Below, piece by piece: positions 1-11,881 of a stretch of 64,000 nucleotides of DNA. The translations under genes and the position numbers were made by a program. The DNA is from Trichosphaerium sp. ATCC 40318 (taxonomy: Eukaryota; Protista; Tubulinea), in contig JALMLS010000091.1 of the NCBI GenBank assembly GCA_038496445.1, positions 27,148 through 91,147 on the forward strand, in the 5' to 3' direction. The notes below the pieces were generated by a model. It had not been told where the DNA came from. It saw nothing but the letters and a program-made list of their open reading frames with translations, and made no database searches. How positions within the stretch are numbered: position 1 is the stretch's first letter; every line of letters starts with the position of its first letter.

Positions 1-1318
1 AGAAAAAATTTTAAACTCCTTACCGTATTGTGCCAAGTTATGTATTACTGACTCGCATTGAGCTGCAAGTTCTCTTGTAGGTTCCAATATAACTGCTTTT
101 ACGCATCTTTGATAACTTGTATAACATTAGTAAATAGTTAAGGTCACTATCAACGTACCCAGCGCGAGATTTTTGATAAATCATTTCCAATACAGGCAAC
201 GCGAAAGCAGCAGTTTTTCCAGAACCTGTCATGGCGCTAGCTGTGACATCTTTACCATTGAAGACTTTTGGTATAACAGCCTATAAAATAAACATCAATA
301 GAGTATTTTAAAACCGGGTAATCAGCCGGTTGATTAAAACAAAACAAAACAGAAAAAACAGCAACTTTTGTTATATTTCGTACCGCTTGAATAGGCATTG
401 GACGTGCCCAGCCTAATTTTTCAATACCGCGTAGTAATGGTTTACATAGTTTAAGTTTATGCCAAGGGATATCTTCAACTTCAGTGACTTTCTAAACCAT
501 CAAAATGTCAAAATTCCAAAAGTGACATTTTATTTTTTTTTTGAAATGAAATTCTTGAAAAAACAAAAAATGCAACCCCTTACCTCTTTACGCTTATCCA
601 TAGCTTTTGCTGCTTTTTCTTGAGCTTTCCTGACTTTTCTTTGTCTTCTTTTCTCTGCTTTTGCAGCTTCTAATGCCTCAGTATCTGGTTCTTCGATACC
701 ATCATCTACGCTTTCATCTGAATCTTCTGATTCTTCATTACTTGATTCTTCTTCATCTGACTCTGAGTCTGATCCAGAGGATGACATATCACCAAATGTT
801 CCCTCAAAATCTGCGTCCTCCTTTATAGCTTGCGCTGCAGCGTCTTCTTTTTGTTTGTCCTTTCGTTTAAAATGAGCTTTAAGGATTGTAATAAAAATAC
901 CATACGCAATTGCGTATTAGTTCAGGTGATGAAATGGCGCGTTTTGTATAAAATTAAAGAGGTTTACAGTTTCTGTCACTTACAACACGTTCAAAACTTT
1001 CACGTATAATGTTTATCTTAGTAGCCAGAGATGTACGATATTCCTATGCGTTATTAGCGAAATTTTACATGTTTTCTGTATAACGGAATTAGAGGTTCAA
1101 ACGTACGTCTCCTCTGTTTGGTTCAGCCATTTTAGCTGCTCGGTCAAAGTTCCAAGCATGTACTGTGTTTTTTCCGCTGTCGAACTCCAATTCGATCTGT
1201 ATAAACAGTGAATACAACTACTTTACAATACGCGAGTAAATTTAATTATACAGACCTCGTCCATGCCGTCGTCATCTACTTCTGGCGTGTCATCGAAAAC
1301 TACGCGTAGGTCGTCCAT
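1..1318 (-). CDS. DRS1: DEAD-box RNA helicase DRS1/DDX27-like, 5' part (multi-exon, runs off window start)
   Basis: Spliced exons give an acidic N-terminus (MDDLRVVFDDTPEVDDD, SDSESDEEE), Q-motif region (LKLCKPLLRGIEKLGWARPMPIQA), Walker A SAMTGSGKTAAFALPVLE and motif Ia VILEPTRELAAQ. Confidence 0.8.
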
Positions 1319-1529
1319 TGCGAGCTTTCAGAGTCTTTTCTGCCTTTGTTCCAAAAACGTTTTTACACCTCCAGAAATACTTCAGCTTTGACAATGCAAG
1401 ACTTTTTTCTGCGACAACGCAAATTCTGCCGCAATAATCGGGAGAACCCCCGCAATCCTTTTGAAGACCTACCATTCCAAATTAGTAGACGTATATCATT
1501 TTGGTGGTAGTTTTGCTGTTTAACGAGCT

Positions 1530-4500
1530 ATGTTCACAAATTCGAACCCAGACTTTACGCTCAATGAACCTGGAAACGAGTTTTATAATGACGGTACATT
1601 AATAAGCGAATGTTTTAAACCCAAAATATTCACTGTCAACAGGTTTTGGTTTAGATTTTACGACCACACCTACAAATGATCCTGGAATGTTTAATTTCTC
1701 TCAACAAGAGAATTGGCCAGCCTCAGCAAACAGCGCAAATTCGCTAGGGCAAACATCAGGCCTTTTTAACAGTTCAGGAAACCTACAAGCGCCTGACCTT
1801 GGTGGTAATTTTACAATAAATGTAACGTGCGTGGTTGTGTTTTTTTCATTTTTGTCGCGAAGTTTCTGACTTTCTCAGTGGTAATGGACATCACTCGCCA
1901 GGTGCAACACAGGCGATGGTACGGGTAAAAAATAAAAAAAAAACAACGCCTTTTTGTTGACATGTGTGCTTATTACATAACAGGGCGAGCCAGTATCGTC
2001 TCCTTACTCGGATACACCAACTTCACCGGATTCTATCGAGATAGAGAACACACCTCCTCATTCACCGCCTCAAAACTCCTCAAATATATTTGTCGCTACA
2101 GTTTTACATAAACCAAGGTAAAACGGGCTGTTTGCGTAGTGTTGATGACTTTTTTTTGACGTCCTTTTTTAGAGGTAAAGGTGGTAAATACGTCACTATA
2201 GAGGAAGGTCAGCGTATTAGAGTAACAAGAGATAGAGGTAAACGATTAAGAGTAGTGCTGGAGACTGTTGTGACTTGTGATTGGTCAAATGCTTTTCAAC
2301 TTTTGTTGGACGATGTTAATGAGGACGTATGTATTTTTTCTTAGCGCCCCACGCTAATATTTGAGAATTTTTTTTAATTTATTTTAAATATCTCTGTTGA
2401 TGTCTGACGCCTTTATAGGGGACTGTTATTCAGACATATGATGCAAATGGCCCTGGATTTGATATTGAAGCGAATAGAATGCGTCAATCAACGCCTCTAG
2501 GTAACTAACTAAGGAATCTTATTTTTCTAAATTGTTTTTCGATATTCGGTTTTCTACACTACAAAAAAAGATAAAGTACTATAAACAATTTATAACGTCT
2601 TTATAGGTAACGAGCCTCCTCGATATACTATTGAACTTGAAATTAAAGTATATCTAATACATCGCCGGTTACGATTTCGTGTTTGTGCTTCTAGTACCTC
2701 CGGACAACTGCACGAAGGGAGGACTGTTGAATTTTATACACATGATAGTGGTAGAAGGTCGGTACACTCAATCCCGTAAATTCCCTAAAAGCTCCTCTTT
2801 TTATACCTTATTTTAACGAAAAACCACAAGAAAAGTAATTTTCCCTTTTCTCCTTCCAATTTATAAGGAATCACAATGATGTCATTGTTTTGTTAGTATT
2901 AAAAAAAACTTTCTAGAGGTGATCCAAAAAAGGCTTCTACAAAAACGCGGAACAAAACATCAAGTAATACTCCTGCAAAAGCACCTTCTCGAAAACGTAG
3001 GAGAACTACTAGTGGTCCTGATACTCAATCTTCTGTTGGTCCTTCAAGTTTCTTGATGACGCCCATGTCTCAACAACAAGCTCAACCAATTGTACCACAA
3101 ATGCCTCTTCAACAACGGCAGATTCCACCACAACAGCAACCAATGGCTTTTACTCAAGTACTTACATTTTATTTTGAAATTGAAAAAAATTTCAGATTAC
3201 TAACTTTTCTCGACCCAGGGGATGGCACGTCAACAAATGCCTCAACATATAAATGGTGATTTACAAGTCAACGGTTATGTAAAGGTACGGATTTTTTTTA
3301 GTGACCTCAGTGATTCTTTTTCTGGCGTTTATAATTTTATTTTATTTTTTTCTTATTTTGACCTTAGGCGCATGGATTTTTCCAATATTCTGATGAACGT
3401 CTCAAAACTGATATTACAGATATTGTTGATGCCATGCAAGTTGTAACAAATTTGAATGGTAAAACTTATAAGTGGAAGCCAGGAACAGAGCAAGCGGGTA
3501 CGTTGTTCGCGAATAAAATTTTATTTGCTTTTTACTGGTGATTTTTTTTATCTTATTTGGTTGTAGATGCTCGTGGTGGAGAACGGGTGATTGGTTTTAT
3601 AGCTCAAGAGGTTCAAAAAATTGCTCCTTCAGTTATAAAACAGGTACGATAGCTCGTGCGCTAGTAAATTCCAAAAACCGCCTAAATACTGGTTTTTTTG
3701 TGTTTTTGTTTTGTTGTTTTTATTACTCAATACTGACTGTTTGTAGGCACCTGACGGATTTCTCACTGTTAACTACATAGAATTGCTGCCATATCTTGTC
3801 GAAGCATTCAAGCAACTAGTAGCGTACGTAGTCTCCACAAGCATTTTTCAAAAAAATTGAAGAAATACTACGATTGTTTTGAGTTTTCTGTTTTCTTATG
3901 TATTGAAGCGACCATGAGAAATCAAAAGGAGAAATTGATGGTGATATATCGGCTCTTAAAGCAGATGTAGCAGCCTTACTTTCTAAAAAATCTGAAACAG
4001 ATGATCTAAAGGAACAACTCATCTTACTTCGGAGACGAGTGTCTCGGTTAAGCTATCACGCTCATGGTACGTTTCATAGACAATCAAGCTTTGTCTGATA
4101 CTGTTATAGGTTCCGATGCAGCAAGTGCTAGTACAAGTGCTGGAGACATACTAACAATGAGTGGGAAGCGACGTCTTGTTAAGGCTGAGAGTGACTCTTC
4201 ATCCACTCCTCCTCATAAAAAAAGTAGTAGTAAAAAAAAGAAGAAAAATAGTAAGCTCGCTTATATATCAATTGCATTACTTGCTGCTATGATTGTAACA
4301 GCAGGTCTTATTATTGTATTGGTACGCACTATTTTCTCCTTTGAAAACATTAAAGAAAAAAAGAAAAATCACGTGTTATTCTGAAAACAAACTTACAAAA
4401 CGATTTTTGGTTTTCGTGTTGTTTTTCCACTACTGGAGTTTGAGTCAGGTTTTCTTTTTTGTATTGCGGCAGGTTGCTTATTTTTTTCTAGCTTGTGTTG

Positions 4501-5566
4501 ACTGTGTTCGCTGATAATGACGGTGGTATTGACGATGATATTATATGGACTGCAAACCAAGTAGATAATCCTAGTTTTGAAGCAACAGATATAACAGATC
4601 CATCAATAGCTCTTTTATGGGAATTTACTGAAGGTGTATCAGTAGTAGATTTAGAGTACGTTCAAATAACTTTTGCCCGAATTTGAACTTGTACTTGAGC
4701 GTTTTCGTTTATTTCTTCATTTTCCTTTTGATAGTAGTATGACAAGGTAGTTTAGTACTACTCTGCACTTGTTTTTTTTTTTCCATATTTTCTTTGAGAC
4801 GAAGTTCGATTAACTCTTTTGGTTAGAAATACGCCCGGGATTCCCATACGACACGGAACCAATGTAATAAAGTTGGAGAGTGTTAATGGTACACAACCAT
4901 CTGCTCAACAGTTGGTCGTTCCGTATAGTACAACAAATTCTGGGAGTTACAATAGTGTCATGTTGGCTGGATATGCTTATACAAAGGAGATTGTTGCCTA
5001 TGAAGACTTTAATAGTTACGGTATTATCTTAACTATGGTGTATCAGTATACGGGTGATGGTAGTAATAGTACAGACGCGGAGTATACCATGGAGATAGGT
5101 CTTCCATTCCCTGTATCTGGTACGTAAATTTTTTTTTCCTCTGGAGTCACGTAAAAAACGGCGATATTTGCACGTAGTTACGTGCATGACTACGTGATTA
5201 TAAAACTTGAATATCGCCATGTAAATGGTGCTCGCTACATGTAGTTTTCTAGTTCGCGTAGCGAGTGCATTACTCTTTTTTTTTTTTTGGAAGACAAAGT
5301 AATATCACCACGTTTGTACAACCAATGACTTGCAATCGATTGCATTCAAAAAATTTATGTCAATCATTTTCTGTCGTTACTTTTTTCACTTGCGTAATGT
5401 TGACTGTTTCGCCTTTTTAGATGATTCTGAATGGACTTATAGTGAGTTAGTACAACCCCTTGAAAAGGATGATTACGAACTACGTGCTCTTACAGTGGAA
5501 CTACATGTGACAAGCGCTACAGGCGCAATTTACTTTGACGATATAAATTTGAACTTACAACAATAA
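1530..5566 (+). CDS. MYRF/MrfA-like membrane-bound protein: low-complexity N-terminus, basic beta-rich domain, NLS, Peptidase_S74 (ICA) autocleavage domain, coiled coil, TM, luminal CBM-like domain
   Basis: Joined exons read NGDLQVNGYVK-AHGFFQYSDERLKTDI...GKTYKWK...RVIGFIAQEVQKIAPSVI...DGFLTVNYIELLPYLVEAFKQL (S74 signature); TM LAYISIALLAAMIVTAGLIIVL at about 4258-4320; C-terminal NPSFE...IYFDDINL. Confidence 0.85.
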
Positions 5567-5882
5567 TTCAAGACAAAAAAAAAGGGCAAAGTGGGAAGCT
5601 GACTTTCACTATTGCCCTTCTTTTTTCTTGATTTTTTTTTCAAACCTTGTACCATAAATGTAAATAATATACTCACGAGTACTTACGCCTGTATTGGCGT
5701 TTTTGTAGTTATACTGGAGCAATGAAACTCTTTTATTTTTTTGTCTATAACGTGATTGAGAGCAGTTAGCGGAGGAAAAAACCATGACAAAAAGGTCCAC
5801 TTTGGTCAGCTTTTTATGAAGTTACTGAGCTGTTTTCACGGTATTAGGCTTTGACTTCGTATACAATCGCATATTTAGAACA

Positions 5883-7863
5883 ATGAGAGCGTATTATTAC
5901 GGCTGCTATGGACATGGAATGGTTTTTATTGTATTATTTGTATTATTAGCAATTGCCCGGGCTGATGTCGTCGCAATGGATAGTATTAATCAAACTACAA
6001 CTGTACATATAACGGACTTGTACCTAAACGTCAAACAGCACCCACACATATCAAACGCGTTTATTGGTACTTTTATTGTATCTATGGAGTGGTATGAGTC
6101 CAGTAAGGGTTCCAACGGCGAAATTAAAATGCCTGCAGCAAAACTTGAAAATGCCAAAGTAACACGGTATTTACAAAGTGTAACAAAGACAGGAGATAGG
6201 ATTAGATGGGTACATTACGTTGACGCTGTTTTTTATGAATGGCCTCGTTTCGGGAGTAGTACAATCACAAAAATGATTTGGTAACGTTCTTTTTTAACTA
6301 CTCTTGTTGACGTATTCTTTACAGGGCTCCTGCTATTGCATTTCATTGGCCAGAGTATTGGGTAACTAAAACTACTGGTAGTGCCGTGTGTAGAACACTT
6401 GATACTCGTTTGAAGCCAAAAGAAACTCCGATAAAAGTCAATCCAATAAGTACGATTTTTTGTCCCGTTTTATGAAAGGTTTTATCACGTGACTTGGTGC
6501 ACAACAAACGGAACATATTCTCGGGTAAGACTTGAAAATGCAGGTTAAACCTTGAGGTGTTGTTCTGCTTGAAATGGTGTGAAGAAACTGAAAAGTATAG
6601 CTGTCGTTCTGACTTTGGTTTTTTTTTTGTAGAAAATAACGATCACGATTATAGCCATATACTCCTATTTACAGGGTGTGTATATGAAGCAGATTGGTCG
6701 CTATGGTTATATGATATAGTATTGTGTTCTATAATATGTATAATATCAGTGTGGCCTTGTACTTGGTTTCTCAAGATGAGCCGTTTTGATTTTATAAAAA
6801 AGCCAACTGCGATTATTTTAGGTGGATTCATGTTACATCTTTGCTTGACTTTCTACGTTATGTGGAGGTCTGCATTACATACAAAACAATTACACGATGT
6901 CATTTGGTATTCTAGTCTACGTGCATTGGCTTTTCTTTTTGCTTACCTCAAGTTACAGACGAGAGGAAGGAAATGGTTAGTATACTTTTTACCAACAACT
7001 ATTTTTGATAAAGCAAAATATTTTTCTTTTTTTCCTATTTACTACAGACTAAAACCACTTTCTTTGTTATAATTACCACTTTTCAAGTCAAAGACGTTGT
7101 TCTTTTTGGAAAACAAGCAGTATTTCACAAACACGTGCTAGTGATACAATGTTATTGCCTTTTCTTTTGCACCACAGAAAAAATCTTTCTTGGTTTTTTT
7201 TCGTAGTTTCTCACTGTTACAAGGTATGATTGGAAACAAAAGGAGTTAGTACACCTTTTAATAGATATAGTAATCCATACTGTGTTTATTTATATGACAT
7301 TTTTAAAATATGCTGGAATTGCTGTACAAGTAGATATTCTTTTTCAGTGTGGATACAACTATATTCCAATATATCTTTACCTTCGAGAGTCAATTGTATG
7401 GCTATATTGTTATATCCACAAAAACACTAAAAATAACGATACTGGCATTACTGTATATGATCAACTACCACCAGAGGTATGGCACAAGATTTTTTCTTAC
7501 CTAGAACTATCACATATGCGTACTTTGGTATCAACATCAAAATGTTTTTATGATATTTTATATTGGAAAACAATCGATATAATTTATCCTCCTCCGGAGC
7601 TACATTGTGGTACTGTTATATATAATGACCTATGGTATATATGGACAGGTAAGAGGCTATATTTAAGAAGGAAAACAAGATCATTTAGCGCTAATATACA
7701 TTATCCAACAAAAGTAAAAAGTAGTGGATACTGTGTTTGCTGTTTAAGTGAATTTTGGCGTTCATCAACAGGCGGTCTTGTTTATAAAAAGACAAAGTAT
7801 ATATGCAATATATGTGACTGTTACTTACACCCTGAATGCTTTCATAGAGTACACGTTCATTAA
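5883..7863 (+). CDS. Multipass membrane protein with C-terminal F-box and Cys/His zinc ribbon (4 exons)
   Basis: Signal-like N-terminus; introns 6281-6324, about 6450-6674 and 6980-7206 keep the frame; several hydrophobic helices; F-box DQLPPEVWHKIFSYLELSHMRTLVSTSKCFY; terminal HYP...CVCC...TKYICNICDCYLHPECFHRVH. Confidence 0.65.
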
Positions 7864-8179
7864 CATTAAGCACGTGAAACTTGGACTTGAGTAAAAACTG
7901 TAAATAGCAAAAAAATCTCAAGTAAAAAAAATGTACAAACAATAAAACAAAGGTAACTAGTTAGATACTTCCCAAAATAGCTGAAAAACTCAAATACTTC
8001 ATCACGTGACTGCTTCAACAGTCCAAAACGCCAAAACATCAAAAAGTGCTTAAATTAGTTACACCTCTTTAAGTGAAGTAAGTTATGTCAAGTTTGTGCA
8101 AGAAAGTGTATAGAATTACGATTTTTAACAGTGGAATAAAACACATCTTGGAGAAGTAAATTGCAATATTATTTTGTAA

Positions 8180-9692
8180 TTACAGACACTCTATAGTGAT
8201 ATGTGCAAGTTGATCAAAACTCAAGCGAACAAACCCAGATCTTGCAGCGTCATTCCACTCTAGAGAAAAAAATGTTAAAGAAGAAAAAAAAACAATCTAA
8301 TAAAGTCTAATCATGCTTTACTTCCTTAAGTGAATATGCAATAATAGAATATGTATGATTTTAGAATTGAACATCACGTGATGTTCTGTTTGAGGAAAAA
8401 AAATATTATCGAAAACTTGGAAAATAGAAATGATTCACTTTGCTTACCAAATATGCTTCTGACGATGGCAAGATGTGCCATAGCCATGAGGAATGCCTCA
8501 AAACTTAATCCATAGCCAGTGTTATTGAATTTAGTACTTAATGCAGTGATTGTCGGTTGAGAAAGTGAGAAACCAGCTTAACAAGTCATAAGGTTATGAA
8601 AAGTCTCATATAAAGAAATTAAACAATACCTTGAGATACTGCAGTCCAAGCCTCTCTAGGGTCGATGGAGCCACTTCTATCAGCGTCAGCGACAAAGAAG
8701 GCTTGTGTCATTTGAGTGAGAAATTGGTGTAAAGCTACGTATTCGCGAAAATCTACAATGACAACGTCAGGTACAAATACAGAAGTATTCTCGAACTCAA
8801 CAAAAAAAAATACATAAAAAAACTGCTTGTGCTTCAAACACGTCAATTTTGAGATCTCTAAAATTGACGCCATTGAGCAGCTAGATGAGTAATACTTTTG
8901 TTCACGTGAATCTTACAATTCCAAAAACGAGTAATAGTTAACACATGATACCAGAGAGTTACGTATAATGTATTTTTGGGTATTGTAGACTCCTAAGAAA
9001 AGAGAAAAATGAAACGGTTTGATTTTTGTTTTTTTTGTAAATTCGGAGTGACCTCATTTCTTTGTTGTCTGCTAACGCGTACCTATGCTTCCTGATTTAT
9101 CCTTGTCGAATGCACGTATTATTTTTACCGCACAAGGTAAACCAAGAGGTCTACCGTGAAATGCGACCTACAAAAAATTTTAGACGTTTTTTACGCTAGT
9201 GACGACGTTTTTAACGTAGATTGTCATGTTTTACGTACACCTGCTAATTCTTGAGCAGCAATTGTTCCAGATCTGTCTGTATCTATTGATTGAAACCTAA
9301 ACACGTTAATTTAGAGCTTTCTTATGAGTTAATAAACGGTACCATGACTGTAATTGATAGATCATTTGCTAAAGTGACAGGCAGAGCTTAGAAAATTACC
9401 TCTAGAGTAGTGCGTACTTGATTTTGCATCGCTTGATGGTAATAGTGAGCATACCAACTATTATTGAATACTGTCGTTGTAGTTCGCGTTACACCGCTCG
9501 CAGGGTTACCGTATGAAGTAGTTGTTTGCTGGTAGCCACCTGGATGCGCAGGTCGAGGCGGTTGAACACCGTATGTCGTAGTGGTCTGTTGATAACTGGC
9601 AGCAGGTCGAGGTGGGTAACCTGGTTGATTGTATCTGCTTGGTGGTAAATGTAACAACAGAAACTGGATTCTCCGTACCCTGGGTATGACAT
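8180..9692 (-). CDS. Penta-EF-hand Ca-binding protein (ALG-2/peflin/PefA-B family)
   Basis: P/G/Y/Q-rich N-terminus followed by EF loops FQSIDTDRSGTIAAQEL, FDKDKSGSI, DADRSGSIDPREAW and terminal ARSGFVRLEFDQLAHITIECL. Confidence 0.88.
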
Positions 9693-10318
9693 GTTGTTCT
9701 AATTGTTTAATTCGTAACGAAATGAGCCGTTTGGGTGTTCATTGAAAGTCGCTCCTCATTCCGCAATCAGTTGGTGGACCAGAACATTACGCGTTTACCA
9801 ATTGACTACCTGGGTTTCCGAAATAGCGCAGCAACATGCACTATGGTGCGACAGTTGCTGTAAACACCACCTAAAGTATACAATGGAAGCCTTTCTCACG
9901 AGACATCTTAGCGCACGATGTCGCAATGTTGAGCTCGCTTTACTTACCTCTTAATACGATAACGTTGCGTCATTGTGCTGACAAAATACAAAACCCTTGG
10001 CCAGATGATCATTCAAAAGTGGAAGCTTCTCATTTTACTATATCCAACAACGTGATGAATAATATCGACCATAGGATGACATGACTGAGCAATAGAAAAC
10101 CTATCTTGTCCTTGTATTCTTTACAATATTTGCTGGAAAAAACGTTACTTGATGTTAGGATAATTGGCAAGCAATCCATTGTATTGGCGACTGTTCTGCA
10201 ATTCCTTGTGGGCGTTAAAAGCTAAAGAAGTGCATAGGTTAACAAGTGCGTCTGATCGTAAACAAGTCCATCCGGCTATCACTTAACCTCTAAGGTCACG
10301 TAAATTACACAACAGCTT

Positions 10319-11740
10319 ATGACAATGCAAGTGTCAGATTTTGAAATCCTGGCAGTTGGACCAAATCCTGCGTATCAGAAAACGCTTACGTTCGATGATT
10401 TAATAGTAGGTAACAACGTTGTCAAGCGATAGCAGAGCCTTCTGTTTTGTTAATATTATTAGGTCAAGTAAACAGAGCTAAAACAGCTGTTGTCACTGCC
10501 GGTGGCAAGGGTGTACACTTTGCGATGGCTGCGAACCAAATAAGTAACAATTAAAGCAACAAACTTCAATTCGGCTTATAAACACAGCCAAGGGCATTGC
10601 TTGCGTCGCTCAATTTGTTGGAGGCAACACAGGCTCGTTTATCTCTAATTCACTTGACACCCAAAACATTCTTCACAAAGATGTCAAAATGACGTGCGCA
10701 TATCGCTTTCTGTTGTTTTAACACGCGCGTTAATTCGTCAAAAAATCACTGACACTACCACAAGAGAGCCCACACGGACGTGTACGACACTCCTGGGCCG
10801 TGACAATGAAGCTACAGAAATTATAGATCCTTCTAGCCCTGTAACAGAGCAGCAATTGGCTGAAATGGAGGCTGTCATTCGCGAAAGTGTCAAGAAAACG
10901 AAAGGTAAAAAATCAATGATTCCATCCTCGAATGTTTCTCTTTTGTTGATCTTAGTTATATTTTAGCTGTAGCGTTATGTGGCACTTGTCCACCTGGTGT
11001 TCCACCGTCCTTCTACGCCAATGTAGCTCGTCTAGCGAAATCTTCTAATAATGAACAAATCGTACTATTGGATGGTTATAAAGGCGTAGATAAGGCGTTA
11101 AACTCGAAATGTATTGATATTTTAAAGATAAATACATTGGAGATAAAGAAATTAACAAAAAAAGAAAATATTGATGACGCTGTATCTCTCGTTTTTGATA
11201 GCTTTTCAGTAAAGCACGTATGTATTACTGATGGACCTGGTACTGCTTTTCTATACAGTTCATCTCCTAAGCAAGCATGGAAGTACGACATACCAAAACT
11301 AGAAAATGTCAAAAATCCTATCGGTGCAGGTACATTTTTTTTTTCGCGGTAATAGAACTTTACAAAACAAAAAGTAAAAACAAATGACATTTTACTTTTT
11401 TTAAGTCAGCAACAATATTGAATTTCATGTACAGAAAGTGTGCAGGTTCAATATATTGTACAGTTAAACAGAACTTGTATTGTTTTTGGTTTTTTGACAT
11501 TTTCTTCAAAAGGTGACACGACAGCTGCACTTCTTCTTGTTAAGATGGTACAAGGAACAACTATTCAAGATGCTTATACGTACGTCAAAATACAAATATG
11601 GCCTAAAGACAGATTTCTTACTTTACGTTAGGTATGCGTTAGCTGGTGCTTCAGCAAGTTGCTTAAACCAAATGCCAGCATGCTTTTCTAATGATGATTT
11701 GAAGAGAATAAATGACCTGATTGTAAGAAGTGATGCTTGA
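10319..11740 (+). CDS. PfkB-family sugar kinase, 1-phosphofructokinase/tagatose-6-phosphate kinase-like
   Basis: ILAVGPNPAYQKTL...GQVNRA...AGGKGVHFA, VGGNTG, TRTCTT, LCGTCPPGVP, ITDGPG, NPIGAGD anion-hole motif. Confidence 0.85.
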
Positions 11741-11881
11741 AGTACACAATGAGGACCTTGTGGTAATAATGAAAATATTTTACAGTTTACTAGAGGTACA
11801 GTACAACAAAGGGTTTTTTGTGGTTTTTTTTTGTTTGTGTTTTTTTCACATACGTGAAAATTATAATTCCTTCTTCTGTTA

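Noticed and set aside
7690-7870. Intact piggyBac transposon suggested by the zinc ribbon and a nearby TTAA (7866-7869)
   Set aside because: No DDD catalytic core or terminal inverted repeats are visible, and TTAA is common in AT-rich DNA.
9500-9625. Internal duplication PPRPA...YQQTTTxYG in the penta-EF protein
   Set aside because: A low-complexity repeated N-terminus is normal for PEF proteins.
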